Positions 51,220 to 63,828 are shown, numbered from the whole stretch's first letter. The stretch: DNA of 63,828 bases, filler included, from Octopus bimaculoides (GCF_001194135.2; 6 parts of 6 records of this genome joined end to end with filler, not necessarily neighbours in it); one strand, 5' to 3'. Numbers and translations: made by a program. Notes: a model not told the origin generated them from the sequence alone.

Positions 51220-51442
51220 TGTGTGTGTATATGTTTGTGTGTCTGTGTTTGTCTCCCATTTCATTGTTTGATAACTGATGCTGGTGTGTTTACGTCCCCG
51301 TAACTTAGCGGTCCGGCAAAAGGGACCGATAGAATAAGTACTAGACGTCCAAAAATAAGCTCTGAGGTCGATTTGCTCGACTAAAGGTTGTGCTCCAGAA
51401 TGGTCACAGTAAAATGACAGAAACAAGTAAAAGAGTAAAGAG
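50990..51442 (+). mobile_element. SINE family A, full length
   Basis: Complete head, internal (TA)/(TATG)n and tail GAAACAAGTAAAAGAGTAAAGAG. Confidence 0.92.
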
Positions 51443-51453
51443 CATATATATAT

Positions 51454-51553
51454 NNNNNNNNNNNNNNNNNNNNNNNNNNNNNNNNNNNNNNNNNNNNTTA
51501 ATTAATTAANNNNNNNNNNNNNNNNNNNNNNNNNNNNNNNNNNNNNNNNNNNN
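51454..51553. other. Artificial scaffold join
   Basis: Linker at 51498-51509. Confidence 0.95.
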
Positions 51554-51619
<66 letters not shown>

Positions 51620-52327
51620 CCTGACATGCATACAGACGGGCACGTGTGGTAGTGGGGTTTTTGTTTGTGTGCGTAAGATACCAAATTCATTTATTTCGCA
51701 TGGCAACGACAAATATCTGAGAAACTGGACCAACGACATACAAACCGTAAATCAAATCTAGAACAACATCTAAATAATTGAATGCTGGTCAAACACTGCA
51801 AAAAGTAAATAGAATCTGGGCAAATATATCACAATTATTGATTAAATAAAAACTAGACCAATATTCTAGAAGGAACACATATTTAAAAATTATGCTAAAT
51901 TCTTCGAAATGGTAAGTAGTAAAATTTAGGTCAACATCTTCAATGCATTAGATGACCTCTGGGCAAGCATCCCGCTAATGTTAACAATAAGATTTTATAA
52001 AGTTACAAAATAAAGTTTCCCCATCGCGTCGTTATTTTACTTGGCTTTGCAGGTCTTTGAGTATGTATGTGTGTGTGTCTGTATCTGTGTGTGTATGTGT
52101 GTGTGTAATTATCTATAGAAAGTGTATATAGTTCTCGCGTGAAGATCGCAGTGACATGAAACTCGAGTCACGTGATATAATCTATTTCAGTATTTCAGTC
52201 TCAATAAAAACTACATTCTCTACGCTGTACAACATGTATTGAGCACCTCTCCTCATTTGTCCGGCAGAAATCAACGTACGTGATTAGAAACAACGTGTGT
52301 ATGTATCGTTAAAGGCGTTTATCATAT

Positions 52328-52365
<38 letters not shown>

Positions 52366-52650
52366 GTTTGTATGTATATGTGTATGTATATGTGTGTGTA
52401 TATNNNNNNNNNNNNNNNNNNNNNNNNNNNNNNNNNNNNNNNNNNNNNNNNNNNNNNNNNNNNNNNNNNNNNNNNNNNNNNNNNNNNNNNNNNNNNNNNN
52501 NNNNNNNNNNNNNNNNNNNNNNNNNNNNNNNNNNNNNNNNNNNNNNNNNNNNNNNNNNNNNNNNNNNNNNNNNNNNNNNNNNNNNNNNNNNNNNNNNNNN
52601 NNNNNNNNNNNNNNNNCGTGTGTATGTATCGTTAAAGGCGTTTATCATAT

Positions 52651-52683
<33 letters not shown>

Positions 52684-53244
52684 CACCGTTGTAATCTGCT
52701 AAGAAAGGTCACAAGCGTAATAAATACAACATAACTGGGGTGTCAACAATTTTTACTAGTTTGAGGACAAATGTGTTAACGAGGCGGGGTTCGTATCACG
52801 ATTTATTGGATGGGTTGAGCTGAATAGAGGAGGACGGTGGCTCGTGAAGTGAACATACCTCCGATGTCTTCTCTAAATTCTCTCGCTCTTTCACTCTATC
52901 TCCGCCTTTCTTTCTTTTCTCTATCTCTCTCTCTCTCTCTCTCATCTCCCTTCTCTCACTTACTCTGTTTCCTCTTTCTCTCTGTGTGTATCCACAAGGA
53001 TATTTTTCGTTCTTTCTTTCAAAGATACGCTATCCTAGTCTATCTAGAAATCGTAGTCCCTGTCGAGATAATTCTTACAGATACCATTAAAAAAATAATA
53101 AAAATACAAGAAAATAAACCGAACATACACTGACTCTATCTCTATCCTCACACATAAAGACTCACATACACACACCACATACATACATTCGTACAAAAGG
53201 TTATATGCGGGATAAGAATGTACTCCAAATATGCATGCACTTTG

Positions 53245-53390
53245 TTAATTCCACCGAAATTGTATACGGTGATACCTCGTAGTACGAGCTTAATTCATCC
53301 AAAATTGTATGCAGTGATACCTCGCAGTACGAGTTTAATTCATCCGAAATTGTAGGCGGTGATACCTCGCAGTACGAGCTTAATTCGTTC
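53245..53390. repeat. Three 45-bp tandem units spanning the MITE left junction
   Basis: C(A/G)GTGATACCTCG recurs at 53267, 53312 and 53357. Confidence 0.9.
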
Positions 53391-53725
53391 TATGCCCGAG
53401 CTCGTTCTACAAATAATGATTCCCCATTGAAATTAACTAAAATATAATTAATCCATTCCAGCTCCACCAAAACCACTCAAAAATTTTTTTTATGGGTTTT
53501 AAAACGGAAAAGATGAAGTTAAAAGTAAAATGACGATTATAAAAAAGAGAATGCAGAAGAAATATGTACACTGGTTTTATAAACTGAATGGCCATAAAGA
53601 TGGGACGATTTGTACGTTCGTACTACGGATTTCTGCTCGTATTTCAAGACAAAAATTCCCATGAGTCTCGGCTCGTATAGCAAATTACTGGTACAATGGG
53701 GCACTCGTACTGCGAGGTTCTATTG
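53357..53725. mobile_element. Tigger/pogo-like MITE
   Basis: TIR-like C(A/G)GTGATACCTCGCAGTACGAG at the left end and CTCGTACTGCGAGGTTCTATTG at 53704-25. Confidence 0.65.
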
Positions 53726-53864
53726 GACTTGTATATTCATTCCCTCGGAAGGTACTCTGTGTTTGTATACACACACAGGCACACGAACACAAACACGCAC
53801 ACACACACACACAAACACACACACAGACACACACACGGACACACACACACGCACTTATCTTTTT

Positions 53865-54330
53865 TTTCTTTTGTAAAGCCTAGTATTTATTCCATCGGTA
53901 CCTTTTGCCTAACTGCTAAGCTACGGACACGTAAACGCATGAACACTGGTTGTCAAGTGGTGGTGAGAGGTATAAACACAGACACAAAGGTACACACACA
54001 CATACACACTCCCACACACAGACACAAAGGCACATACACACATACACACACACACATTCACAAATATTGTCACAAAAGCACACATACACACACACAAAGG
54101 CACACATACAAACAAACTCGCACACACACACACACACACACTCACACACATACACATACATACATGACGGGCTTCTTTCAGTTTCCGTCTACCAAATCCA
54201 TTCACAAGACTTTGGTCGACCCAAGGTTATCTGACGTCATAGTAAAAGACACTTTCCCAACATGCCACGCAGTGGGACTAAACCAGGAACTATGTGGCTG
54301 GGAAGCCAGCTTCTTACCTACCACACTTTA
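53865..54330 (-). mobile_element. SINE family A, full length with long internal (CA)n
   Basis: GACGGGCTTCTTTCAGTTTCCGTCTACCAAATCC and head motifs at 54170-54330, 3' motifs at 53865-53970. Confidence 0.88.
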
Positions 54331-54699
54331 CTGAGAGACACTCCTTAGAGACTCTACGAATACGCTTTACTAAAAGACTTTACTGAAAGCCGATATTAAA
54401 AGCCTGCAATGGAGGACTAAAAGCCGATCTTAAAACCCTTTGCTAAAAGCCTCTACTAATTGACCCTACCTACGAAAAGATTATGCTAAAGTCTTGATTA
54501 AAACACTTTACTAAAAGAACTTAATAAAACAATTTACTAAAAGCATGTTTACTTTATATCTCCGGGTAATACAATTTCGTTAAAGTGTGTCAGTTGTTTC
54601 TGCTAATTGTTACTTTTAATTATAGGATTTAAAGTTATTAATTTTCATTCTTTTTTCTTTTCTTTTTTCCTGATTATAATACTGTCTGTTAAATTGTTA

Positions 54700-55323
54700 T
54701 TGTTGGCAGAATTGTCTTTGTTGTTGTTGATGCTTCTGCTGTTGTTGTTGTTGTTGTTGTTGTTGGCGATTCTGCAGCTATAGCTAACATTGATGTTGTT
54801 GCTATTAATTAATAATCTGTTATAACCATCATTGTCGTCATCGACGTCGTTGTTTTCCTTGTTGCTATTGTTGTTGTTGTTGTTGTTGTTGTTACAGTTA
54901 GTGTAAACATGTCCTCTCTGTCTTTCTGTATCATCAGTTAACAAACAATTAGTACATTAATGTTCGCTTAAAGATATTATCTTAAATTATAACGTCTCAA
55001 AAACGTCTACGCTCTTATTGTTGCGTTTTTGGATATCTATTTGTGCAACAGTTTTGTTGTTGTTTTTCTTGTTGTTCTTCTTGTTGTTATTAGTTTTGCT
55101 GTTGATGTGGTGGTGGTGCTCTCATTGTTGAGGTTGTTGTTGTTGTTGTTGTTACGGATGACGCTGGTGCTGATGTTTATGATGATGATAATGATGATGA
55201 CGATGATGAGATGGTAGTTGTGCTGGTGGTGTTGGTGATGATGATGCTGATGATGTGAAGCTGATGGTTAAAATGATGATGGTGGGGACGAAGCTGCTAC
55301 TGCTGGTGCTGATGATGATTATA

Positions 55324-55377
<54 letters not shown>

Positions 55378-55581
55378 ATTATGATGATGATAATGATGAT
55401 TATGATGACGACGACGATGATGATGATGACGACGACGATGATGATGATGGCGACGACGACAACGACGATGGTGATGATGATGATGACTATCACGACCATA
55501 ATGAGGAATCATGATTATGCTGATGGTGAAGAAGAAGAAGGAGGAGGAGCATGTTGATGATGATGGTGATGGTGGTGGTGG

Positions 55582-55619
<38 letters not shown>

Positions 55620-56480
55620 GTGATGATGGTGATGATGATGATGATAACGTTGTAGCTGATGACGATTATGATGAAGCTAAGGCTGTATATATTGCTGCTG
55701 CTGCTCTTGCTATTGTTTTATGTTTATGTTGCTACTGCTGCTGCTGCTTCTACTGTTCTCGCTGTCGTTGTTGCTATTGTGAATACTGTTGCTGGTAGTG
55801 ACACTATCAGTTGCTAATTGTTGCTATTGTTTCTATTTTCCGAGTTCATATAATGCTGCTGCTGATGGTGATGGTGATGGTGATGATGGTGATGATGATG
55901 GTGATGAGAGAGATGAGAGCAGTGACTGATATAAAGGCAGAATTGTCGAGGGTTATGGGGGGGGGATGGAAGGGGTCCTGGCACTGGTGTTGGTTGGTGG
56001 TGGTAATGGTGGTTCATGGAAGTGATGGTAGGGGCGATATGAAGAAATGGGGGAGGGCGGTTGTGGTAGTGGTGATTGTGGTGACGGGGGTAATGGTGTT
56101 GTTGTTGCTGTTGTTGCTGTTTTTGCTGTTGTTTCCAGTGTTGTTAGTAGTGGTGGTAAAAGTAAAAGTGGCGGAACTGGTGAAGGATGGGGATAAACGC
56201 AACAGCAGTAATTAGGGGAGGTGTGGCGGCGGTGCTTGTGGTAGTGGAAGAGGTGGTGGTGTAGGAGGCGGTGGAAACTGCGGATAGTAGTAGTAGTAGT
56301 AGTGGTGGTGGTGGTGGTGGTGGTGGTAGTAGTAGTAGTGGCGGTGATGGTAGTAGTAGTAAGGATATCAAAAGGCCCCACACAAAGGGTATTCACTTCT
56401 TACATACAGTGGTTTATTATTATTATTATTATTATTTTTATTGTTGTTGTTGTTGTTATTATTAATTGTTGTTCTTGTTG
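54700..56480. repeat. About 1.8 kb of mixed trinucleotide low-complexity DNA (GTT/GAT/GGT/GTA)
   Basis: Consecutive blocks of related triplet repeats. Confidence 0.9.
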
Positions 56481-56970
56481 TCACTTTGTTTGCGCAAACA
56501 CAACACTAATGGGTAAATGACGTATATAGTAACTGGAGAAGATGGCGAAGATGAACGGGAAAAAGATACACGCACACACACACACACACACACATATATA
56601 TAATATAATTAATATATAAATATATGCATATATACATACATATATATATGTGTGTGTGTGTGTGTGTGCGTGTGTGTCTATACATGCATATATGGGGACA
56701 GGACATAAATAAAACTTAGACAGAATGAGAAACGAGAACATAAAAAAACAAAAACATAAAAAACGAAATTTTTTTCGGACAACGAAAAAAACAAACAGAG
56801 AAACGAGACATGCAACATTAAGAACATTCCCTTTATCAGTTGTCCCCTGTTTTATCTACTCCGCGTTTCGAAGGTAAACATATATGCATGTATATATATA
56901 TATATATGCATGTATATATATATATATATATATATACACGTATACATAGATATCTGTATAATAATAATAA

Positions 56971-57050
<80 letters not shown>

Positions 57051-57814
57051 TTTGATTTGGCCCTGTACAAGTTAAAGTTTCGTTGACTCGTTTACAGGAA
57101 CCTAGATCGTAGTGATGTATGTATACATTATAAATATATATAGACGCATATGTGCATGTGTAGGAGGGAGGTATACATGCGTATTAATATATATGTGTAG
57201 AGAGAAAGAGAAAGTGGGGAGAGAAAAAAGATAAGGGAGAGAAAGAAAGGTGACAGAGAGAGGCAAAGAGAAAGACTGAGAGAGAGAGAGAGAGAGAGAG
57301 TGCGTCATGGCGTGATAGTAAAAAGAGGGTAAGAAAGAGAGAAAGTGAGACAGAGATTTAGAAAACAAGAGATAGTAAATATATATATATATATGTGTGC
57401 AAATGGTTATAATATAAGACAGATATCAAGAGAGATTCGCAAATTGATAGACATACAGACGCTATGTAGATTGAAAGACAAATGCTCCATCGTTAGACAC
57501 AGATTAAATCTAGGGAGATAGAAAAATGAGAAGCAAACAAGGAAACAGTTTATATTGTATTAGCTATTCTCTTCGTATCGTGGTGTCTGGTGAGGAATAA
57601 CTCGTTCTTGTGACATAATATAAAGGATTAGCGATACAAGAATACAAGGGGAACTATGGAACGTGTGTGCGTGTATGTGTGTGTGTGAGTGTGTGTTTGT
57701 GAGTGCGTGCGTGTGTCTGTCTATCCTGTCTGTCTATCTGTGTGTCTGTGAAGCGGGGGTATTTGCGATCCTGGGTGAGGGAATACGTCAGTGTGTGTGT
57801 GTCTGTACGAGTGT

Positions 57815-58050
57815 GTGTATCGTCATTATTGTCACTGTTTAACGTCCTTTTTTCGATATTTGCATGGGTCAGACGGATATTTTGGGAAGATTTCTTTTAC
57901 ACTGGGTGACCTTCTCGTCAAACCTCACCTGTTTCTAAGCAAGGTAATACTTCACCATGGGCAAACAGGTTTTTCATGGACGACTGGAAATGAACAACAT
58001 TGCTTGTATAACGATGATGTTCGTTCACAGCCATCATATGGCGCCAACAC
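57815..58050 (-). mobile_element. Degenerate RTE-like 3' end
   Basis: GTTTAACGTCC..GCATGGGTCAGACG resembles 33118-33160. Confidence 0.45.
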
Positions 58051-58074
58051 GCGCGCGCGTGTGTGTGTGTGTGT

Positions 58075-58413
58075 ATTACAGACAAGAAACCAAATATCGA
58101 ATGCAATATAGCCGTAAAAACAGCAGAGCGATTGAGTATTTTACCCTGATAAGACGGAAAATTTTGTCAGAAGATGGCTACGGGTCTCGAATCCGCATCC
58201 CTCATACCGGCCTAGTACTCGAACATTAAGCTAAACGTCCCGTTGACAACAATCAGCGTCAAATTAAATACTATACATTAATAGCTCTTGGAATGTGACA
58301 ATATATTGTACACAAACATCGAAAAGGTCGAACGGGTTTCGTATTTTACAGACAAGAAAGCATATTTCAATTGCTGTATAGAGGTGAAAACAGCAGAAAG
58401 ATTGGGTATTTTA
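58075..58413 (+). repeat. ~70-bp degenerate direct repeats (58075-58143, 58342-58413) with a decayed hammerhead-like motif
   Basis: TTACAGACAAGAAA..AAAACAGCAGA..GATTG.GTATTTTAC occurs twice. The first copy is followed by CTGATAA-GACGG-AAAATT-TTGTC. Confidence 0.55.
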
Positions 58414-58654
58414 CATAATTTACATATATTTATACATATATATAAATATACGCACATAAATATGTAGGAGATAAAGTATAATAAACAGAAGATGCAGCTT
58501 ATACTACTTGTTCCCTACGCATGTTTCGCCGTTGTGGTTATTTGCATCCACTACAGTACCTGTTCATAGTTTATAATCCAAATGGATGCATCTTTGTATC
58601 TATCTATCTATCTATCTGTCTGCCTATCAATCTATCTATCTATATGTCTATCTA

Positions 58655-58897
58655 CTTTTTTACTCTTTTACTTGTTTCAGTCATTTGACTGTGACCATGC
58701 TGGAGCACCGCCTTTAGCCGAGCAAATCGACCCCAGGACTTATTCTTCGTAAGCCTAGTACTTATGCTATCGGTCTCTTTTTGCCGAACCGCTAAGTTAC
58801 GGGGACGTAAACACGCCACCATCGGTTGTCAAGCGATGTTGGGTGGGGGGGACAAACACAGACACACAAACATATATACACACATACATATATATAT
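58655..58897 (-). mobile_element. SINE family A, 3' half
   Basis: TTACTCTTTTACTTGTTTCAGTCATTTGAC..GCCGAACCGCTAAGTTACGGGGACGTAAAC, then a gap. Confidence 0.9.
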
Positions 58898-60017
58898 NNN
58901 NNNNNNNNNNNNNNNNNNNNNNNNNNNNNNNNNNNNNNNNNNNNNNNNNNNNNNNNNNNNNNNNNNNNNNNNNNNNNNNNNNNNNNNNNNNNNNNNNNNN
59001 NNNNNNNNNNNNNNNNNNNNNNNNNNNNNNNNNNNNNNNNNNNNNNNNNNNNNNNNNNNNNNNNNNNNNNNNNNNNNNNNNNNNNNNNNNNNNNNNNNNN
59101 NNNNNNNNNNNNNNNNNNNNNNNNNNNNNNNNNNNNNNNNNNNNNNNNNNNNNNNNNNNNNNNNNNNNNNNNNNNNNNNNNNNNNNNNNNNNNNNNNNNN
59201 NNNNNNNNNNNNNNNNNNNNNNNNNNNNNNNNNNNNNNNNNNNNNNNNNNNNNNNNNNNNNNNNNNNNNNNNNNNNNNNNNNNNNNNNNNNNNNNNNNNN
59301 NNNNNNNNNNNNNNNNNNNNNNNNNNNNNNNNNNNNNNNNNNNNNNNNNNNNNNNNNNNNNNNNNNNNNNNNNCTCTTCCGATCTTATATATATATAATG
59401 AGAGAGAGAGAAAGAGAGGCAGACAGATAGATAGATAGATACATACATACATACATACATACATACATACATACATACATACATACATACATAGATTTGG
59501 CAGCGTATGTGCGTCTGTATCATCTTCTCATTTCGTGTACTAGTAGTGTATGTATATGTTTTTATGTATTTGTATGCCTGTGTAACTATGTGTATGTATA
59601 TGTTCGTATATGTATGCATTTTCCTGCGTTTTTGTGGGTTAATTCGTATGTGTATTTTGTGTGTGTGTGTGTTGTTTATGCAGTTCATTTTTGATGGTAT
59701 GATTTGTGTTGCCTTTTTTTTTGTTGGCATCTTTACATTTTCATTCCTTTATTAGCAATACAAACAGAGTAGCCGGGTTAATTATATGTGTTAATTAGCT
59801 CTGTTAATTAGCCAAGATTGAAACTGTCAGGTGTTTTATTTTGTTTTATTTTAACATCCCTCCTCTTCTTCTATAAATAAATGCTAATATTCCGCTTAGG
59901 AGGTCATGGCTTTCGAATTGTTAAAATGTTTGTACAAACACTGATAAAAAGCACACAGCTATATATAACCTACATAGCTTCATATATGCATCTCTCTCTC
60001 TCACTCTCACTCTCCCT

Positions 60018-60099
<82 letters not shown>

Positions 60100-60151
60100 T
60101 TAAATATATACGTATATGCATATATATGCTTACATAGATACGTGCATACAT

Positions 60152-60350
60152 ACTGGCACTCCATCGGTCAGGGCGACGAGGATTCCAGTTGATACCATCA
60201 ACGGAGGAGCGGCTTGCTCGTGAAATTAACTGAGAGCTCCATAGATATGAATACGCCAAACAAAGTTCTGAAGGAGATTCAGTTTGACACGGTATGCGAC
60301 AAGCCTGGCCCTTTGGAAATACACAGGTGCCAGACAATTTTTGACAGCTG
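60152..60350 (-). mobile_element. SINE family C, 3' part
   Basis: TGGCACTCCATCGGT..CGACGAGGATTCCAGTTGAT is the reverse complement of the 48570-48603 tail. Confidence 0.8.
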
Positions 60351-60384
60351 AAAAATAGTGATGGCTTTGTAGCCCCAAGATGAC

Positions 60385-60790
60385 ACCGAAAATGTAGATT
60401 ATGTCACATTGTTGTGGATGACATCACATGCGATCAGCAGCTGCCAAAGACATCATCAAAATGCTACCCTCCAATGCGCAAGACGTTGCAAGAACAATAT
60501 ACAAGGTCTTTCGGAACAAAAGAATGTCTTGGGATAAACATAGAGAATTCCATTGTAATAGAATATCCCCATAGACATCAACATAAGTAATATTTCCAGA
60601 ATATTCTTAACGAAGCTGTTTTTTAAACTGCAAGCATAACATACCGGATATCATTGTTTGAGACAGACAAGAAGTCCTATGTACCATCAGAGAGATCAGC
60701 TACCTTACTGATACGAGTATCTCTTCAAAAATCAAAGAGGGTAACTATGGACAACTGCTTCCAATCCTTAGATTCAATACCAAGTTTATA
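60385..60790 (+). pseudogene. RLE-type non-LTR retrotransposon fragment (CCHC knuckle plus restriction-like endonuclease)
   Basis: KCRLCHIVVDDIT.. then KHNIPDIIV*DRQEVLCTIREISY..SSKIKEGNYGQL, which matches HNRPD..E..P..K..K.Y. Confidence 0.8.
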
Positions 60791-60802
60791 AAAAAAAAAT
60801 TA

Positions 60803-61050
60803 GTTCCTTCCTGAGTCATGTAGACTCATAGGACCGATTTCCCAGTTTCCATTGCCTATATAATGATCCCTACCAGGACGGGACGCCGGTTAGTCGCAGG
60901 ATTACTCATTTTTCCTGCTGAACAAACTGAAGCAACGTGAAACAAAGTGTTTAGCTCAAGAACACAACGCGTCGCCCGATCTAGGAATCAAAACCACAAT
61001 CTTACAATCAAGAATCCAACACCCTAACCACTAAGCCACGTACCTCAACC
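60803..61050 (-). mobile_element. tRNA SINE with family C head but a different tail
   Basis: Head GTGGCTTAGTGGTTAGGG..CGACGCGTTGTGTTCTTGAGC matches 48280. Tail is CCTGCGACTAACCGGCGTCCCGTCC..GAAACTGGGAAATCGGTCCTATGAGTC. Probable TSD AGTTTATAA at 60783-91/61053-61. Confidence 0.8.
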
Positions 61051-61440
61051 CCAGTTTATAACTTTACTTTTATACCAGTTATAATTGGTACACTTGGTTT
61101 TGTAAGTGAATGCTTCGGGGACAATCTGGATAAGCTGGGGTTTTCAGAGAACAAAAAAATCAACCTTTTAACACGAACTTTACAAATATAATCTGGAAGT
61201 TGAACAGTAAAACTATGAAAGATTTTCTCAGTTTGTTATCTGCATTCCAATGATGGGGCTTTGTATCCTTGCTAATAGCCAGCCCTCATCACTCCACAGC
61301 TTTGAACTAGAACTTTCGTTTATCGACGCAAAGTTCACCATGAAGTGATTAGAAAAGAGAAAGAGGGAGAGTAAGAGACAGACAAACAAACGACTGGATG
61401 CATGAAAGAATGACACATAAACAGGTAGACATAGATACGT

Positions 61441-61478
<38 letters not shown>

Positions 61479-61929
61479 CATACATACATACATACACACA
61501 TACATACATACATAGAGGATATAATGCGTAAATCGTAAACCCCAACAGCAATTCTCTTCAGCCATAATATGAAAAGTACTACTTTCGTTGAATCAGCATT
61601 CTGAATTTATGCAGCCATACACAATGACACATACAAACATACATATATAAGCATACACATGCGCGCACACACACGCACACACATACACACACACACATGC
61701 ACACATATACACAAATACACATACACACCTCATATGCAGATGATATAGACAGATGTATATATCCATTTGTATATAATATTATACAAAAAAAATTATGCAT
61801 ATATGTGCGTATGTGTGTGTATGCATAAGTTAGTGCATGTATATATTTATATATATATATGTGTGTACATATACGTTTGTGTATATATACATACATATGT
61901 ATATATATATAATTATGTGAGTGTATACA

Positions 61930-61970
<41 letters not shown>

Positions 61971-62070
61971 NNNNNNNNNNNNNNNNNNNNNNNNNNNNNN
62001 NNNNNNNNNNNNNNTTAATTAATTAANNNNNNNNNNNNNNNNNNNNNNNNNNNNNNNNNNNNNNNNNNNN
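61971..62070. other. Artificial scaffold join
   Basis: Linker at 62015-62026. Confidence 0.95.
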
Positions 62071-62454
62071 CTTACATACATACCTACATACAAACATACA
62101 TACATACAAACAAACACACATACATACATACATACACCAATATATACATACATGCATATATTGATTGACATTATAGGGTAGGTTTTAGAGGCAAGATCAA
62201 GCCAGTTTGAAAATAAAACAAGTAGGGCATTAGGGCCGGATGTGGTCGGTTTAAATGTTAATGGGTTAAGGATTTTTATTGTTGATTATATTTACTTACC
62301 GGTTTCATTTTTAAAACTCAGCAGCATTCTATGGGGCCGCTGTGTTCTTATGTTTCTTGATAAAAGTGGTTCGTAAAATGGTTATCCTCTGAAATGTATT
62401 GAGTAATGTTTCGGCCTAATGTTAAATTGATTTTATATATAAAAAAAGAAACAT

Positions 62455-62547
<93 letters not shown>

Positions 62548-63218
62548 AACACACACAAACAAACACATCCACAAACTCACATACACACATTCACACACTC
62601 ACACACAAACATATACTCGCACACGCTCACACATGCTCACACACTCACACGTACATATACTCACACACACACACATGCACACACACACTTACACACACAT
62701 GCGCACACACTCACACAAACACACACACATACACGTATACACTTACACACACATGCACGCACATACACACACACGCACACACTCACATACTCACACACAC
62801 NNNNNNNNNNNNNNNNNNNNNNNNNNNNNNNNNNNNNNNNNNNNNNNNNNNNNNNNNNNNNNNNNNNNNNNNNNNNNNNNNNNNNNNNNNNNNNNNNNNN
62901 NNNNNNNNNNNNNNNNNNNNNNNNNNNNNNNNNNNNNNNNNNNNNNNNNNNNNNNNNNNNNNNNNNNNNNNNNNNNNNNNNNNNNNNNNNNNNNNNNNNN
63001 NNNNNNNNNNNNNNNNNNNNNNNNNNNNNNNNNNNNNNNNNNNNNNNNNNNNNNNNNNNNNNNNNNNNNNNNNNNNNNNNNNNNNNNNNNNNNNNNNNNN
63101 NNNNNNNNNNNNNNNNNNNNNNNNNNNNNNNNNNNNNNNNNNNNNNNNNNNNNNNNNNNNNNNNNNNNNNNNNNNNNNNNNNNNNNNNNNNNNNNNNNNN
63201 NNNNNNNNNNNNNNNNNN

Positions 63219-63260
<42 letters not shown>

Positions 63261-63270
63261 CACACACACA
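62455..63270. repeat. (CA)n-rich microsatellite with gap
   Basis: Direct tandem units. Confidence 0.95.
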
Positions 63271-63309
63271 CATACACAAGTATATACAAATCTTGGATGA
63301 AGGCAGTAG

Positions 63310-63828
63310 TAATGAAAATGGCGGCGTTGTCACAAGTTCCTTTCCATTTTAATCACGCTCAACTGCGGCAGCGTTTGGCTGTGTTTGGATTGCTTTCCAA
63401 AATCGACAGACAATTCTTGGAAATAGAATAACTGTCAATATCTGTGACAGCTATTTTAGAAAGCTGTCAGTTGTCGATTCTGTTTATCTGTGAAGAGAAT
63501 AAAGTTTGGGTACATTTCGTTATTATTTCGTTACCCGCTTCAAGTGGACGCTTGTATTTTTCTCTGCCATTTTTAAGGAACTAGAATAAATATGGATTTA
63601 AGTGGAAAGAATAAATGATTCTGACGGATGTATACTACCAATTCTAGATATACTTGGCAATACTGTAATTGTTGTTGTTGTTGTTGTTGTTGTGGTTGAG
63701 GTTGATGATGTTGTTGTGGTTGTCAGTGTTAGCCGTGATCATCGAAGCGGAAACTCCCGTGGTTACAAATATTGTGTTTTGTTTCTGTGCGTGCCGTGTC
63801 TCAAAAGAACAGAGTTGTTGAGGGGCGG
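63310..63828. promoter_or_regulatory. Possible regulatory region
   Basis: YY1-type AAAATGGCGGC (63315) and GCCATTTT (63566), inverted TGACAGCT/AGCTGTCA (63445/63462), GCGGAAA (63747) and GGGGCGG (63822). Confidence 0.3.

Noticed and set aside
48928-51453. Apparent CpG depletion suggesting this segment is misplaced
   Set aside because: This was only a visual impression. Several CpGs are present and I cannot compute observed/expected ratios here.
52294-52660. Identical ~40-bp sequence on both sides of a gap as a TSD or direct repeat
   Set aside because: An exact copy flanking an N gap next to (TA)n is most likely a duplicated contig end.
55029-56465. Poly-Met/Asp/His/Val ORFs as a low-complexity protein exon
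   Set aside because: Several frames on both strands are open only because of triplet repeats. I found no convincing splice boundaries or non-repetitive domain.
63318-63431. Small ORF MAALSQVPFH...
   Set aside because: Only 37 aa with no recognisable similarity or good splice donor. The ATGGCGGC is equally explained as a YY1-type motif.

Overview
Eukaryotic, AT-rich, repeat-saturated draft genomic DNA. The SINE/LINE/Penelope repertoire and very high microsatellite load suggest an octopus (coleoid cephalopod) genome; this is inference, not a database match. I found no intact protein-coding gene, and the ORF track is almost entirely microsatellite or N-gap artefact. Five N44-TTAATTAATTAA-N44 linkers are artificial scaffold joins, so the window is six joined segments. 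The window holds several tRNA-derived SINE families (A, B and C are my own labels) and decayed remnants of maT(DD37D), mariner and hAT transposases. It also holds R4/Dong-type (RT, CCHC, RLE) and CR1-type LINE pieces, a Penelope GIY-YIG fragment, Helitron-like elements, a Tigger-like MITE and a ~3.3 kb diverged 28-bp minisatellite. The strongest signal is a series of hammerhead-ribozyme motifs of the Penelope-like-element (PLE) type, usually in back-to-back inverted pairs. One is a structurally complete type I hammerhead inside a 136-bp near-perfect palindrome (26790-27070). Another is a non-canonical G3:C8-covariant core inside a second long palindrome (39511-39758).
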